64,000 nt of DNA from Lama guanicoe (lineage: Eukaryota), in NCBI GenBank assembly GCA_013239625.1, contig MU053559.1, positions 1,843,205 through 1,907,204 on the forward strand. Reading direction: 5' to 3'. Position 1 is the stretch's first letter; the number at the start of each line of letters is the position of its first letter. Under the pieces are notes generated by a model. It made no database searches, was not told where the DNA came from, and saw only the letters and a program-made list of their open reading frames with translations. The translations under genes and the position numbers were made by a program. Positions 24,901-36,849 of the stretch are shown here, piece after piece.

Positions 24901-26224
24901 ACCGTGATGCCTGGTTCTCCTGACAGCAACCGAGGCGCTGCAGTTTCTGGGACCCTGGGGGTCTCTGGAAAACCTGCGTTTTTGTAAACAGAGCATGAAG
25001 TGGGGAGAGCTGTTCCACTGGCAAGGCCAGCGGACAACGTGGCCTGCCGAAAAAGGCTGTAGTGCCCTTGAGGCAAGTTTTCTGTTTCCTGTCAGGGTCT
25101 GGAGGAAAGAGGCCAAGTGTGTGCTGTGGGCTTGTGCCTGGTGACTAGCAGGACTCCTCGGTCCGGGCAAGCGGGGCCTGGGCCCAGTACACCCAGTTCC
25201 TCCTGTGCGACAGCCAGCACGTGCCAGGCACTGCACAGAAGCACGTGACAAAAGCAGTCATGGGAGCCAACGTACAGTTACTTACTTTTCCATTTGAACA
25301 TATTGCCCTGTCCCTCTCTTTCCCTTGCCCCTCTGCGCCTTAACTAATATTCCCCAGGTTGGTTGGATGAATCATGGCCCAAATCTGCAACGTGGAGGTG
25401 CCCTGGGAAGTGACTGTCCAAGCCTTGTGCAGAAATCCCCGGAGAAGAGTCTGTTTTCTGCCAGGCATGTGAGTGGGACTTGCCCCCCACTGTGAATTCT
25501 TGGTGCATTGGTACACGATGGCCAGGTTCACAGCTCCTAACCTCTTTATTTCCGGAGGAGAGGTGACCTGGTAACCTCTTCTGACACCACTGTCAGGAGG
25601 CAGGAAAAGATGAGTAGAGTTAGTGTGGCCATGTCCTGAGGACAATAGAGAAAGCCCCAACTGTAGAAAGACCTGGACTTTGGCCCTGCTCAGACTGTCC
25701 CCACCTGCTGACTTGTGCGGGAACGAGTGCTGGCCTGGAAGAGACAGGGTGGCAGAGGCCGTGCGGTGGTTGCTCCGGCAGTGCCCGCATTTCCTGGTGG
25801 GACTTGGGCACCTAGGAACCAAGAAACGTGCCGCGGTGTCTTTCCAGCCCACACTCTGTCTGGCTGTTGGAATCTACGAATCCACAGAAGAGAAGGCTTG
25901 GTTCTGCCACTGACTGGCCCATTGGGCCGCAGTCCTTCTGTGTCGTAGCTGAGGACCCGCTGCCCAAACGCCCATCGTGTCTGTTCCTGGGGACATCTTC
26001 AGAGCTCCCGGCCCAGGGCTTGGCCCACAGCAGGCACCTGGTAAGTGCAGGCAGATTCCGCTGTCCTCTCCGCACACTAGGGGACACGCTGGGGCCACTG
26101 CTGCTCCTTCCTGTGCTGTGGGCTTCGCCTGCGCCACCAGCCTTGCCCAGGACCACCACTCATGTGCAACTGAAAACGTTGTTTTTAAAATGGCAATTAG
26201 GCCTCCAGTTAAGTTAAAATTCAT

Positions 26225-26878
26225 TGTAAAGGGCAACCCCAGCAGGCCCGTGTCACTCAGGCCCTTGATTGCAAAGAAAAGCCTGTCTCAGGAGGACTGG
26301 TCCTCGTCCAGCTCCTGGGAGACCACCTCTACGCCCCTGGCCTGTTGTGCCTGATGTAGCATCTCTGTGTTCCAGGCTCCGCTGTGCCATGTGACCATGT
26401 GGTGGTGCCAACAGCGTGGCTTCTGGTGAGCATCTGTCCTGTGTGTGTGAGGCCCTGGGCCGTGCTGTAGTGGTTTGACATCTGGGGGCTGTGGACTGAG
26501 CAGCTACAGTGAGGCGCACGGGTGCTGCGCGCCTGTGTGCCTGACCTCCGGTGCAACCTGCGGGCCCCTGGGCGTGGGGGAGCTTCCCTGGCTGGCAGCG
26601 CTTTGCAGGTGTTTGTCCCATCGTTTCTGGGAGAATTAAGCACTGTCCGTGTGGCTCCTTTGGGAGAGGACAGCTGGATCTCACAACTGGTTTCCACTGG
26701 TCTTGCCCCATGCACTTTTCCCCTTTGCTGATTTTACTTTCTCTGTAATAATTGTAACTGTGTCTGTGACAGCTCAGCAGGACTCAACGTACTCTGAAGA
26801 GTGATGACAGGTTTTCTGAGTCCTGAGTCCTTCTGGGGAATCATCAAGCTGACGGTGATCTTGGGGACCCTAAACACA
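26225..26878 (+). mobile_element. MER21-like LTR, unusually GC/CpG-rich
   Basis: 3' end ctgagtcctgagtccttctggggaatcatcaagctgacggtgatcttggggaccctaaacaca resembles the recalled MER21 terminus. Confidence 0.65.
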
Positions 26879-28006
26879 CTGGTGCTGTAGATTGTCAGGT
26901 TGGTTTGTTTCAGCCATCCCGGCGGGTGGACCTTGTGAACCCCGTATGGCTCTGCCCTGGGCGGCACACTGTCTTGGTGTTTGTCGGGAGGTTGCAGATC
27001 TGAGTAGCAGCCTCCGGAGGGCTCTGCTCTGCCTTTTCCCCCTCCGAGGAGGAGCGGAGGTCCTGAGTCCTTGCAGTGGCAGCAGCCTGGCGGGCTTGCT
27101 TTCTTGCTATGATGTGCTGATCTGCTGAGGGGCCCTGGTACCTGCCTCTTCCTGGAGGTCTTCCCTGCAGTGACTGTGTGACAGGCCCATCAAGCGATGA
27201 CTTGGGACGTTCTGCTCTTGGAACTGGCTGAGTTCCTGTAGGAAAGGGCGGGCCAGCTGGAAGTGTTGGTCTCCTGGCCGGACTTCATTGCTCTCTGTGC
27301 AGATTTCCCACAGGCAGGAGAGTCTGCAGAGTGAGTGGAGCTGGAATAAACAGTGTGGGAATCCACCCCAGGGGACTGGTTATGGTTGCAAGATGGTGGC
27401 CTGAAGCCAATCCCATGGCTGTGTGGCGGCTCAGTCTTTGGAGGAGTTTCAATCTTTGAATGACTGTGTCCGTCAATTGAGAAGTGTGTGCACCATGGGA
27501 AACCCCAAAGGAGGAAGACTTCAGCTAGCTGGGGCCGACTCTACTTTCAAGGCCTCTTTCTGCCATGGAAAGATGCTGTGATAAGGCAGTGTGTAAAGCA
27601 TGTACTGCGGACGTAGACTATGCCAGGTACTGTTTATTTATATTCATTTTTCATTTAAAATTATCATTAGAATCCCTCATCATTATTAGGCTGTACCTTC
27701 CAGTTAAGGAGACTGAAGCCCACACATATCAAGTGACTTACTCAAAGCTTCACAGTTACTAAATGAAATAAAGAGTTAAGATTAGGCTGTTTGTCTCCAG
27801 AATACATACCATTGAACCTTACACCATTCCATATTTATGAGAGCAACCTCGTTTAAGAAAATGGATCAGGATGGTTACATGTCTTGGTCAATTTTCTAGA
27901 GCCAGTAAGTGGCAGAACTCAAACCTAGGTCTGAGAACCTAGGTCTGCCGACTCCAATTCCCATTCTTTCTTCAGGCTGACATTTGTCTTATCCCGGGTC
28001 CTCTGG

Positions 28007-28165
28007 AGCAGTACATCTCAGACTTGAATGTACATAGGGATCCCCATGGATCTTGCTAAATTACAGATTCTGATTCGGTAGTTCTGTGGTGGGCCCTGAG
28101 ATTCTGCATTTCTAACAAGCTCCCAGGTGGTGCTACTGTGCTGGTCCTCAGAGTGCACTTTAAGT
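28007..28165. mobile_element. MER5-like hAT-Charlie DNA transposon
   Basis: cagattctgattcggtagttctgtggtgggccctgagattctgcatttctaacaagctcccaggtg. Confidence 0.8.
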
Positions 28166-28217
28166 CAAGATAAGGTTTTTGGGACCCTCTGGTTTAGCAG
28201 CTATCACTTCTGCTCGG

Positions 28218-28218
<1 letters not shown>

Positions 28219-28250
<32 letters not shown>
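28219..28250. repeat. (CA)n microsatellite
   Basis: Uninterrupted AC run; similar (GT)n runs at ~21213-21234 and ~52457-52477. Confidence 0.95.
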
Positions 28251-28253
<3 letters not shown>

Positions 28254-29839
28254 TGGTGAGTAAGGGATGAGAAATAGGATTGGGTTGCTTCTGAATCTCA
28301 GTACTAAGACTCCTCACTAATTCCCTTCTGGGGTTGAAGACTCCGAGGCCCATGGAGGGAAAGAATGCTTCAGGAAGTTGTTAGCAGGCTGGGCCTAGGA
28401 CCCATTCCACCTGACTTCCTAGCCAATGTCCTTCCTCCTTTCTTTCCTCCCTCTTTTGTATAGGAGCCTTTGGGGAAGGAGAATAGTAAGGGAATGGGCA
28501 TCCTTCAATGATGGCTTATTTAAGACTTTACAAGAAAAAACAGAGTGATCTCCATTCCTGGCCTCCTTGTCCTCCATGCTGTGTTGAACACAGGTCTCAG
28601 CTGCCCAAGAGGACCCAGCTATACTGAGCCCAGGAGAAAGGTCAAAAGAGCTCTCTTTGCTGGTCTGCATGCCCGTGCAAGCACCACCCTGGGGAAAACG
28701 GACCCAAGCGGGTCTCTCTGATGCCTAGACACCATTTGTAAGCCTAGTCGCCTGTCCGCAAACTCTAGGGACTGCCCACAACTAGATACATGCTGCAACT
28801 CTTGTATTATTCTGGGTAAGCCAAACTGCTGGAATAATTACACCCCAAATCTAATGGCTCAGGTGCAATTCCTTTGTTGCTCAAATAAGAATCAACCATG
28901 GGTTTTCCATTTTGACAGGTGGCGCTCCTCCATATAGGACCCGGGCTGGCATCTCTGCCTGCTTCAACATGGCTTCCAAGGCTCTCTGGTTGTCATAATT
29001 CCCGGAAGTAAGGGAATGGAGGAGCACAGGTCAGGAGCCACCACTAACTTTTAGGATCACCATGATCTAGAAAGTCAGGAAGGTTTTTCTGCTACCCAGA
29101 GTTCGGAAAACTGCAGAAAGCCACTGCCAAAGACAGCCCAGCTGTCCCATGGCTCCAGGGTGGTTGGGTGGTTAGCGTAGAAAGGAGTCTAACAGGTGTT
29201 GCAAAAACTCACATCTGCTGAAAGATAACCTGCCTCCTCTTCCTGCTAGAGGAAAAGTATGGTTTCCAATTCCCTCTTTCATTTCTCTTCTGTCACCTTG
29301 TTAGTTTTGCAGTCTTTAATTATTCTTTTGGTGGTTACCCTAGAGATTATGTGACCTACACCCTCAATTTATTAATCTTCTATAGATTAATACTTTTACT
29401 GCTTTCGCCACAGTTCAACGATACAAAATATTTTAGCTCAGTCCCCTCTTATCTTTTGTACTATTGCTGACCTGAATGTTAATTCTACATATATTTTAAG
29501 CCTCTTAATGAATTATTATAATTGCTTAATACAGTCAATGTTCATATAGATCTAGCCACAAATTTACCATTTCCAGTACTCTTCATAATTTTGGCACTTT
29601 TTATTTTTTAAGGATCATTATTTCTTAACATTAAGAAATCTCTTTTAGTATTATTCATTTTAGTGTGGGTTTGCTAGCAATTAATTGTCTCAGCTTTGGG
29701 TTTTCTGAAATCAACTTTATTTCATCTTCATTTAACAGGATATTTTCCCTGAGAGTAGAATTCTAGGTTAGCAGTTATTTTATTTCAGCACTTTAAAGAT
29801 ATCATTTCATTATATTTATACTCAGCTGCCACTCTTTTT

Positions 29840-29977
29840 TTGTGGGGGGAGGTAATTTTGGTTTATTTATTTATAGATATACATATATATATATATTTTA
29901 ATAGAGGTACTAAGGATTGAACCCAGGACCTTGTGCATGGTAAGCATGTGCTCTACCGCTGAGCTATACCCTCCCCC
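29840..29977 (-). mobile_element. Vic-1-type SINE
   Basis: TSD ctcag(c/t)tgcca(c/t)tcttttt at 29821-29839 and 29978-29996. Confidence 0.9.
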
Positions 29978-30364
29978 CTCAGTTGCCATTCTTTTTGTAT
30001 CTCATTTGAGTGTAATGTGCCTTTTCCCCTCCGGCTGCAATTAGATTTTCCATTTTTCTCTTTTGTTTTCAGCAGTGTGACTACAGTGTGCCTAGTTATG
30101 ATTTCCTTTGTATTCATTCTGCTTGAGGTTAGTGGAGCTTTTGAATCAGTGGCTTGATATCATTTGTCAATTTTGGTATCTCTTCCATCTGGTATTCCTT
30201 TCAGTTAAACATAGATCGGACCTTTACCCCATGTTCCATGTCTTTTGCACTCTTTCCATTATTTTTTCATTCCTTTTTTTTTCATAATGCTCCAGCCTGA
30301 ATAGTCTCTACTAACTCTCAGCTAGTTCACTAAACTTCTGTTATGCTATATCCAACATCTATTT

Positions 30365-30507
30365 TTTTTTCAAATTTTTTCGGGGAGGAGATAATTAGGT
30401 TTATTTGTTTGTTTGTTTGTTTCTTTTTAGAGGCAGTCCTGGAGATTGAACCCAGGACCTTGTCTATGCTAAGCGTGTGCTCTACCGCTTGAGCTATGCC
30501 CTCCCCC
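30365..30507 (-). mobile_element. Vic-1-type SINE
   Basis: TSD tccaacatctattt at 30351-30364 and 30508-30521. Confidence 0.9.
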
Positions 30508-30609
30508 TCCAACATCTATTTAGTGCTTACTTTAAGCTGTGTTTTTTTTAGTTCTAGAGTCTCCATTTGATTCTTTCTAATATCAATAATTTCATCACTT
30601 GATTTCTTT

Positions 30610-30796
30610 TTTTAATATTTTATGTATTTATTTTGTTTGTGGAGGTTTTTTGGGTTTTTTTTGTGTTTTATGGGAGGTTTTGGGGGGAGATAATTAGGTT
30701 TATTTAGTTATTTAATGGAGGTACTGGGGGTTGAACCTAGGACCTCCTGCATGCTAAGCAGGTGCTCTACCACTGAGCTATACCCTACCACCCCCA
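30610..30796 (-). mobile_element. Vic-1-type SINE with long tail
   Basis: ggaggtactgggggttgaacctaggacc...ctctaccactgagctataccc. Confidence 0.88.
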
Positions 30797-31403
30797 ATTT
30801 CTTGAACATAGTAATCACAGTTTTTTTTAAAATTTGTGTCTGATAACTCAAATATTTGGATTACTGTTGGGTTTCTTTGTATCATCTGTTTTATCTTGCT
30901 TTCCTTTATTTGACTCATGGTGTGGCTGTGATTTTTTTTTTAATGAATGCCAGAAATTGGATATGAAGAGTTTGAAAAAATTCCTCTGCATGATGTTTCC
31001 TCCAGAAACAATTGACTTTTCTTCTGGGAGCCAGATATAGTAGAAGCATATAGCCTTGATCCATCAAGGAATAAGGTGATTTGAGAATCTATTTCATCTT
31101 CTGAAGGCTGCTCTATAACTGGTTTGCCTCTCCTAGGACAAAGCCATTCAAAATTTTAACCTGAAAGCCTGGTAGACTCTGATCTCTAGTTTTTGTCTCT
31201 CTGTCACTATGAGACATCCCAAAGCTCTGCTCAAGTTTTTAGCTTTTTAGTTGCTGCTATCCACTTGACTTCATGACATCTTGTCTGGTGTAGTTTAGAA
31301 ACTGAACTGTGCCCACAGTTTGGAGCTCAAGTCTTGGCTGCCTTAATGAGAAGCAGTAAATCCATTTTTTTAAATTTTGGCCCTACTTCATGAGACTTCT
31401 CAA

Positions 31404-31497
31404 GCTTTTTTTTTTTTTAATGGAGGTGCCAGGGATTGAACCCAGGACCTCATGCATGCTAAGCATGCGCACTACCACCGAGCTATACCCTCCCTCC
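31404..31497 (-). mobile_element. Vic-1-type SINE (short form)
   Basis: TSD tgagacttctcaa at 31391-31403 and 31498-31510. Confidence 0.9.
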
Positions 31498-32425
31498 TGA
31501 GACTTCTCAAAGCTCTGAATTGCCATTTTCTGCTCTTCACCTTGGCTCCGCACAGCCTAGGAACTGACAGATGCCTCAAGGGAAGAAAGAAGCAGCTCAC
31601 CTCAGTGTGTGTCCCTTCACTTAATCATGTAGCCCTCTGTTGTGCTGGTCTCCTTGCTTTGTCTCTGATGCCTTTAAAAAGCTGTGCTCTTTTGGTATTT
31701 TATTTAGTTTTCATAGTTTCTATCAGCCAGAGAATTGGTATGAGAGAAGATAACCTGTCATATTTGGAAGAAGACATCCTTGCTGTAGAATTTCTCTAGA
31801 TATCAGTTACCAGTTTAAGAAAGATTCCTTCTATCCCTGGTTTGCAAGGAGGCTTTAAAATGAATGGATGTTACATTTATTAAATGCCCTTTCTGTATGT
31901 ACTGAGATGTGATTTTTCTCCATTATTCTATCAATGTAACATTGCATCATTGATTTACGAATATCGCGTTCCCAGAATGAACCCGGTTTAGTAATGCCCT
32001 ATTATCTTTTAATAGGGAGTTAATGTACTGATGTTTCATTTAGAGTGTCATGAAAAAGATTAAACTGAATTTTCCTTTCTTGTAATGTTCTTGTCAGCTT
32101 TTGGATTAAAGTAATGCTGATCTCATAAAACAAGATGGAAAAGGTTTCTTTCGTTCTTCTCTTTGGAAGAGTTCCTTTTCTTTGGACGAGTTTGTGTAAT
32201 ATTAGTGTTAGTTCTTCCTTAGCTCCCTGATAAAATTCATCAAGTGAGCCATGTGAACCTTGTTTTCTTTATGGAAAAATTTTAAATTATGGATTAAATG
32301 TTTATAAATAGATGCAGGAAAATTGAGATTTTTCTACTCACGTGTCAGCTTGTTACAGTTTTTCCTTAGAATTTAGCTCATTGTATCAATTTTGTATTTT
32401 TAGTAGAAGTTTTTCATAATCTTTT

Positions 32426-32487
32426 TTTTTTGCTTTCATCTCTTTATTTTTAAAAAAAATTTTAATTGAGGTCTGGTTGATTTACAA
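32426..32487 (-). mobile_element. Very short LINE-1 3' tip insertion
   Basis: aattgaggtctggttgatttacaa is the L1 terminus; TSD cataatctttt at 32415-32425 and 32488-32498. Confidence 0.75.
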
Positions 32488-33233
32488 CATAATCTTTTCT
32501 AATGACCTTTCTGGGTCTGTAAGATCTGTGATGACATTCCCTTTTTCACTCCTGATATTAATGTATCCGTGACTTCTCACCTTAATCCAATCAGGTATTG
32601 AGCTAATTTAAATCCGAGCTTCATTCCTAGGAATGATTTATTTCATTTCACACTTATTCCAGTTAAAATCTTGGGGTGTTTATAAAGACCTGTCTGCCTT
32701 GACATGCCCTGAACTTCTGACGACCATGTAAGGCTGCTGAAATCTTTGAGTCACAGCGCTTAGTTGTGAAATACGCAGAATGGTGATCACTTTGAGAGGA
32801 AAGGCAGCCCTCTACTTCTTGGCTTCCTTCCACTTCTGGGTCTTAGTGGTGCAAAGTCTCAATGCCTTCAAACAGTTGTTCTTATATTGTCCCCAGGTTT
32901 TCTAGTTGTTTTCCATGGGATAGTTGGTCCAAAACAAGTAATTCAGCTTTTGCTAGAATTTCTTTTTTCTTATATGATGTTAATATTATGCCTCAATTAT
33001 CTTGAGAAAACTAAATAAAAATTCTTCTCCAGTGAACAAGGATCACATTTTTATAGCATATCTTAAGTCTTTAGATGCACATACTAAATGTAAGTACCTT
33101 GAGGTCTTTGTATTCAAAGGAATCCTTTTTTACATGGATCAGGCTTTGTCACACTTTGTCAAAGCTTTACCTAACAGAATTATATAGTGGGAGGAATGTT
33201 GGCTTTAGTGCAACTATCACAAGAGGTACTTTC

Positions 33234-33532
33234 CTTTTTTTAATTGGAAGTATAGTTGATTTACAATGTTGTGTTAATTCATGGCGTACAGCATAGTGAT
33301 TCAGTCATACATATGTATGTATTCCTTTTCATATTCTTTTCCATTATAGGTTATTACAAGATATTGAATATAGTTCCCTGTGCTCTACAGCAGGACCTTG
33401 TTGTTCATCTATTTTATATATAGTAGTTTGTATCTGCTAATCCCAGACTCCTAATTTATTCCCCTCACCACGCTTTCCTCTGTGGTAACCATCAGTCTGT
33501 TTGTGTTTTGTAAATAAGTTCATTTGTGTCAT
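33234..33532 (-). mobile_element. LINE-1 3' UTR insertion
   Basis: TSD aagaggtactttc at 33221-33233 and 33533-33545. Confidence 0.92.
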
Positions 33533-33619
33533 AAGAGGTACTTTCAACATTCATTCTTGACTCCTAACTTTCCTTTTTTTTTTAACAGTTATTGGAAGTT
33601 AGAAAATAACCCCCTTCAA

Positions 33620-34035
33620 TTTTTTAACCTACCTTATATCAAGAGTTGGACTTGTGACAGACAGTTCTGGCCAATGATGAGTAAGTGGAAATATAGAGAG
33701 AGGGCATCTTTCTCAAATTAGAAAAGGCAAAGCCTGGAAAGGAGAGTTGTTTTTTACCATTAACCTCTTTATCCTTCCTTATTTTGGCCTAGAATATAGA
33801 TAATATCTGGTAGTAGGTGAATCATCTTGTAAGAATGAGGCAAGAAGCATGAGTACAAACTAAAAAGTGGTTAAACAGCAACAATCTGGGTCCCTGACAT
33901 GATCATTGAACCACTACATGAGTCCTAGGCTGACTGTCGTCAGACTCCTTACTAGATGAATGAACTAAACATCTTGTTTTTCTAGGCCATTGTGAATTAG
34001 CTTCCTGTTATTTGCAGCTGGAAATATTTCTGACT
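33620..34035 (+). mobile_element. Old MaLR (MLT1-type) LTR remnant
   Basis: tgacacagttctggccaatga-like motif and terminal ctgttatttgcagctggaaatatttctgactaata. Confidence 0.6.
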
Positions 34036-35053
34036 AATAGCAATTGAGATTCAGGAGAACTTGGTTCTAATTCTGGTGTGACCTCAGTGAAATGTCTGTA
34101 TAAAAATAAATTATATTTTTGTATACCAGAAAAAAGACATTTAGAAAATGAAATGAAAACAGTTTATCCCTCATGCCCAGATCTTTCTCTCTGATCACTA
34201 TTTCCACTAAAAAGGAACAAGTGATTTCTAGAGAAATGTCTGATTCTGGATCTGAGCTGGAAGAATACATGATGAGCATAGATTTTCTTCTTGTGCTAGA
34301 AAGGAAGGACACACTTAAAGACTATTGTCTAAAGGACATAGGAGGCATCATGAAGGGCCTTCGCTGTCCACATTTGGTCATTTGAACACCAAGAAGAAAA
34401 TGGCTGCAATTTATTGTAATACATTAAATAAATAAAAAGCCGTGAGTTCATAGTAATACTCCAAAAATGAACAAATTTTTAAAAAAAATGGAAGAGGGGA
34501 AAAAAGGCTCCTTGTCATTGTCTTAGAGTGAGTTCCAGGTTAACAGAGATGGAGAGTTGCATCCAGAAGATTTACTGGGGAGAAACATCTGTAAGAGGTT
34601 GAGAAAGATAGGATTGGACACAGGGAGAATTTACCCTCAATGCAATTGCAACTGAGTCCTCTGACGATCTTACAGGGAGTTCTGGAGCTGGGATGGCCCA
34701 AATTGGGGGCTGGACCTTTGCATTCCTACATCAGACACTCATTGAATATTGCCTGCTCCCAGGCAGGGGTCAGGAGGTGAGGGCATAACTTAGAGTGAGA
34801 CAGTTACCTGTAGTTGAAGACAGGTCCCAATGAGAGATATAGCTTTAAAGTCAGTAGCTGATTTTCCCAGAAGCTGGGGGATGATATATTGACTCTGAAA
34901 AGGAGATCTGAGTAGAGCACCACAGTATTCACTGCATTAGTTATTTATAGAAGAATGCCATCTAATAAATATAGAAAAAAATTTAATTAGTAAATCACTG
35001 TTTTATGACTCTCAGTATAATCATTGATTCAGGTAAGGAACCTCAAGAGATGT

Positions 35054-35407
35054 TATTTTAGTCAGCTTGAACTGTTAAGACAAAATATCCTACACTGTTT
35101 GGTTTATCAGCAGCAGAACTGTATTTTTCATAGTTCTGAAGCCTGGAAGTCTGAACTCATGGTGCCAGTATGATTGAGTTCTTGCTGAGGGCCCACTTCT
35201 GGGTTGCAGCTGGGTGACTTCTTGTATCCTCAATGGTGGAAAAGGAGCACCTAGCTTTCTGGCCTCCTCTAAGGGCACTAATCCCATTCATGAGGGCTCC
35301 ACCCTCATGACCTAATCATCCCCAAAGGCCCCACCTCTTAATACTATCACATTGAGGGTTGGGATTTCAACATATGAATTTGGGTGGGACACATTCAGTC
35401 CACAGCA
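35054..35407 (-). mobile_element. MLT1A-like MaLR solo LTR
   Basis: aagggcactaatcccattcatgagggctccaccctcatgacctaatca; 5-bp TSD gatgt at 35049-35053 and 35408-35412. Confidence 0.88.
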
Positions 35408-36849
35408 GATGTTAAAAGCATTTGATAAAAGGTTGTTTTTGAACAGGATGCTCACATAGAACCAAAGTGTTATTCTACAAATTATTTGGTAATTGCATCA
35501 CTAATAGTGGGTTGCACGGTAGCACCTATGAAGTATTCTTGGCAGTTATTAAGTATTTGCATTAAAAATGCTTAACCTAAAACTGATCAAACTTTTCGAC
35601 CTAACTTCAAGTCTGTAGAAAATACAGGAGCGAAAGGAACAATGTAGATGACATCATGAGGAAACAATCAGATGATACAGATTGTGGGACATTCTGTAAG
35701 TCAACTGGCCTGGTTTCTTCAAAAAGTCAGTATTAGGCTAGCAGGTCATGGCAAGGTGATAATGATAGTGTAGATTTGATTTCCTTAAATACTGTCTTAC
35801 AAATGGAACCATTATGATAGCAAAAGAAAAAAATGTCACAGGCTACATTTTGAACAAAATAAGGCGACAAACATCCCTAGGAACCCCATAGTGCAAATAG
35901 ATGAAACCAAGACATTGATAAGAACAAGATCTTGGCAAAGGTTTGGCAGCAGTACAGAAGAGTACCAGAGGGAGTATATGGTCATTCTGATGGTCCTATG
36001 AGCCCAAGAACACTGAATTCCTCAGTGTTTAGTCCTCAGCTCAGTTACTTACTGCCTCAGTTTCTGCCCCAGGGGTTACTCATATCCCCAGTCTCCTCAC
36101 CCGATAGACTGTCCACTTGGGTCAAGATCCTTCGGGAGTCTTCCAGCTGACTGCCTTTTGTGGCATCCACTTGGCCCCTGGAAAACCCAAATGCCCTCAC
36201 TCCACCAAACTCTGGCCATGCACACTGTGTACACTGCTGCTCTTTCCTCAACTTGCCATTTCAGGCTGCTATACCAGCCTCCTCTCTACAAGTTCATCCA
36301 GGTGGAAATAGTCATCAGTCTCTGTCTTGAGGACAAACTTTACCAAAAACTCTCTCAAGTTGCATCCCAGAGACAGGATTGGTCTGTGAGTTTCTGCAGC
36401 TCAGCAGTTGGGGAAGAAACAGGTGTCTGTCTTCCCATCTGGAAGGCAAGCTCCAGTATTCTGAATTATCATGGGGCTCCCCTCTTAACTTGAGTTGGTG
36501 CTGGTGAGGTCCAAAAGAAAGTGGCAAAGTGCTCTCTACTGCAAGATTTCCTTTTAAAAATACTTAAAAAAAAAGGAATATCCAGCCTACTCTCACAAAG
36601 ATTGGAGGAAGATGATGGGTCGATAATCCAAGAAATCATTGGCCACTTCACAGTTAAATTTTCCAGAATATGTCTAGACACCGCATAAGAGTATGAATGT
36701 GCCAGAAATTAATGGGTACAAATAAAATATTTGTATTCTTCCCATTTTACCCTTGTACCTGCCTCTAGGTTGGATTACCTAGTATTTTGTAAAGCCAAAA
36801 TAACCTTATTTTTCATAGACATATGTGTTTTTCTAGAAATAATACATAG

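Larger units (their letters stand above)
29300..32600 (-). mobile_element. Old LINE-1 fragments (ORF1/5' region and ORF2), hosting four SINEs
   Basis: T-rich with antisense L1 motifs (tagaattctaggttagcagttattttatttcagcactttaaagatatcatt; aatgctgatctcataaaa). Confidence 0.7.

Noticed and set aside
24055..27128. Many overlapping 100-200 aa ORFs on both strands
   Set aside because: Expected from stop-codon scarcity in GC-rich sequence; low-complexity P/R/G/A peptides with no recognisable domain.
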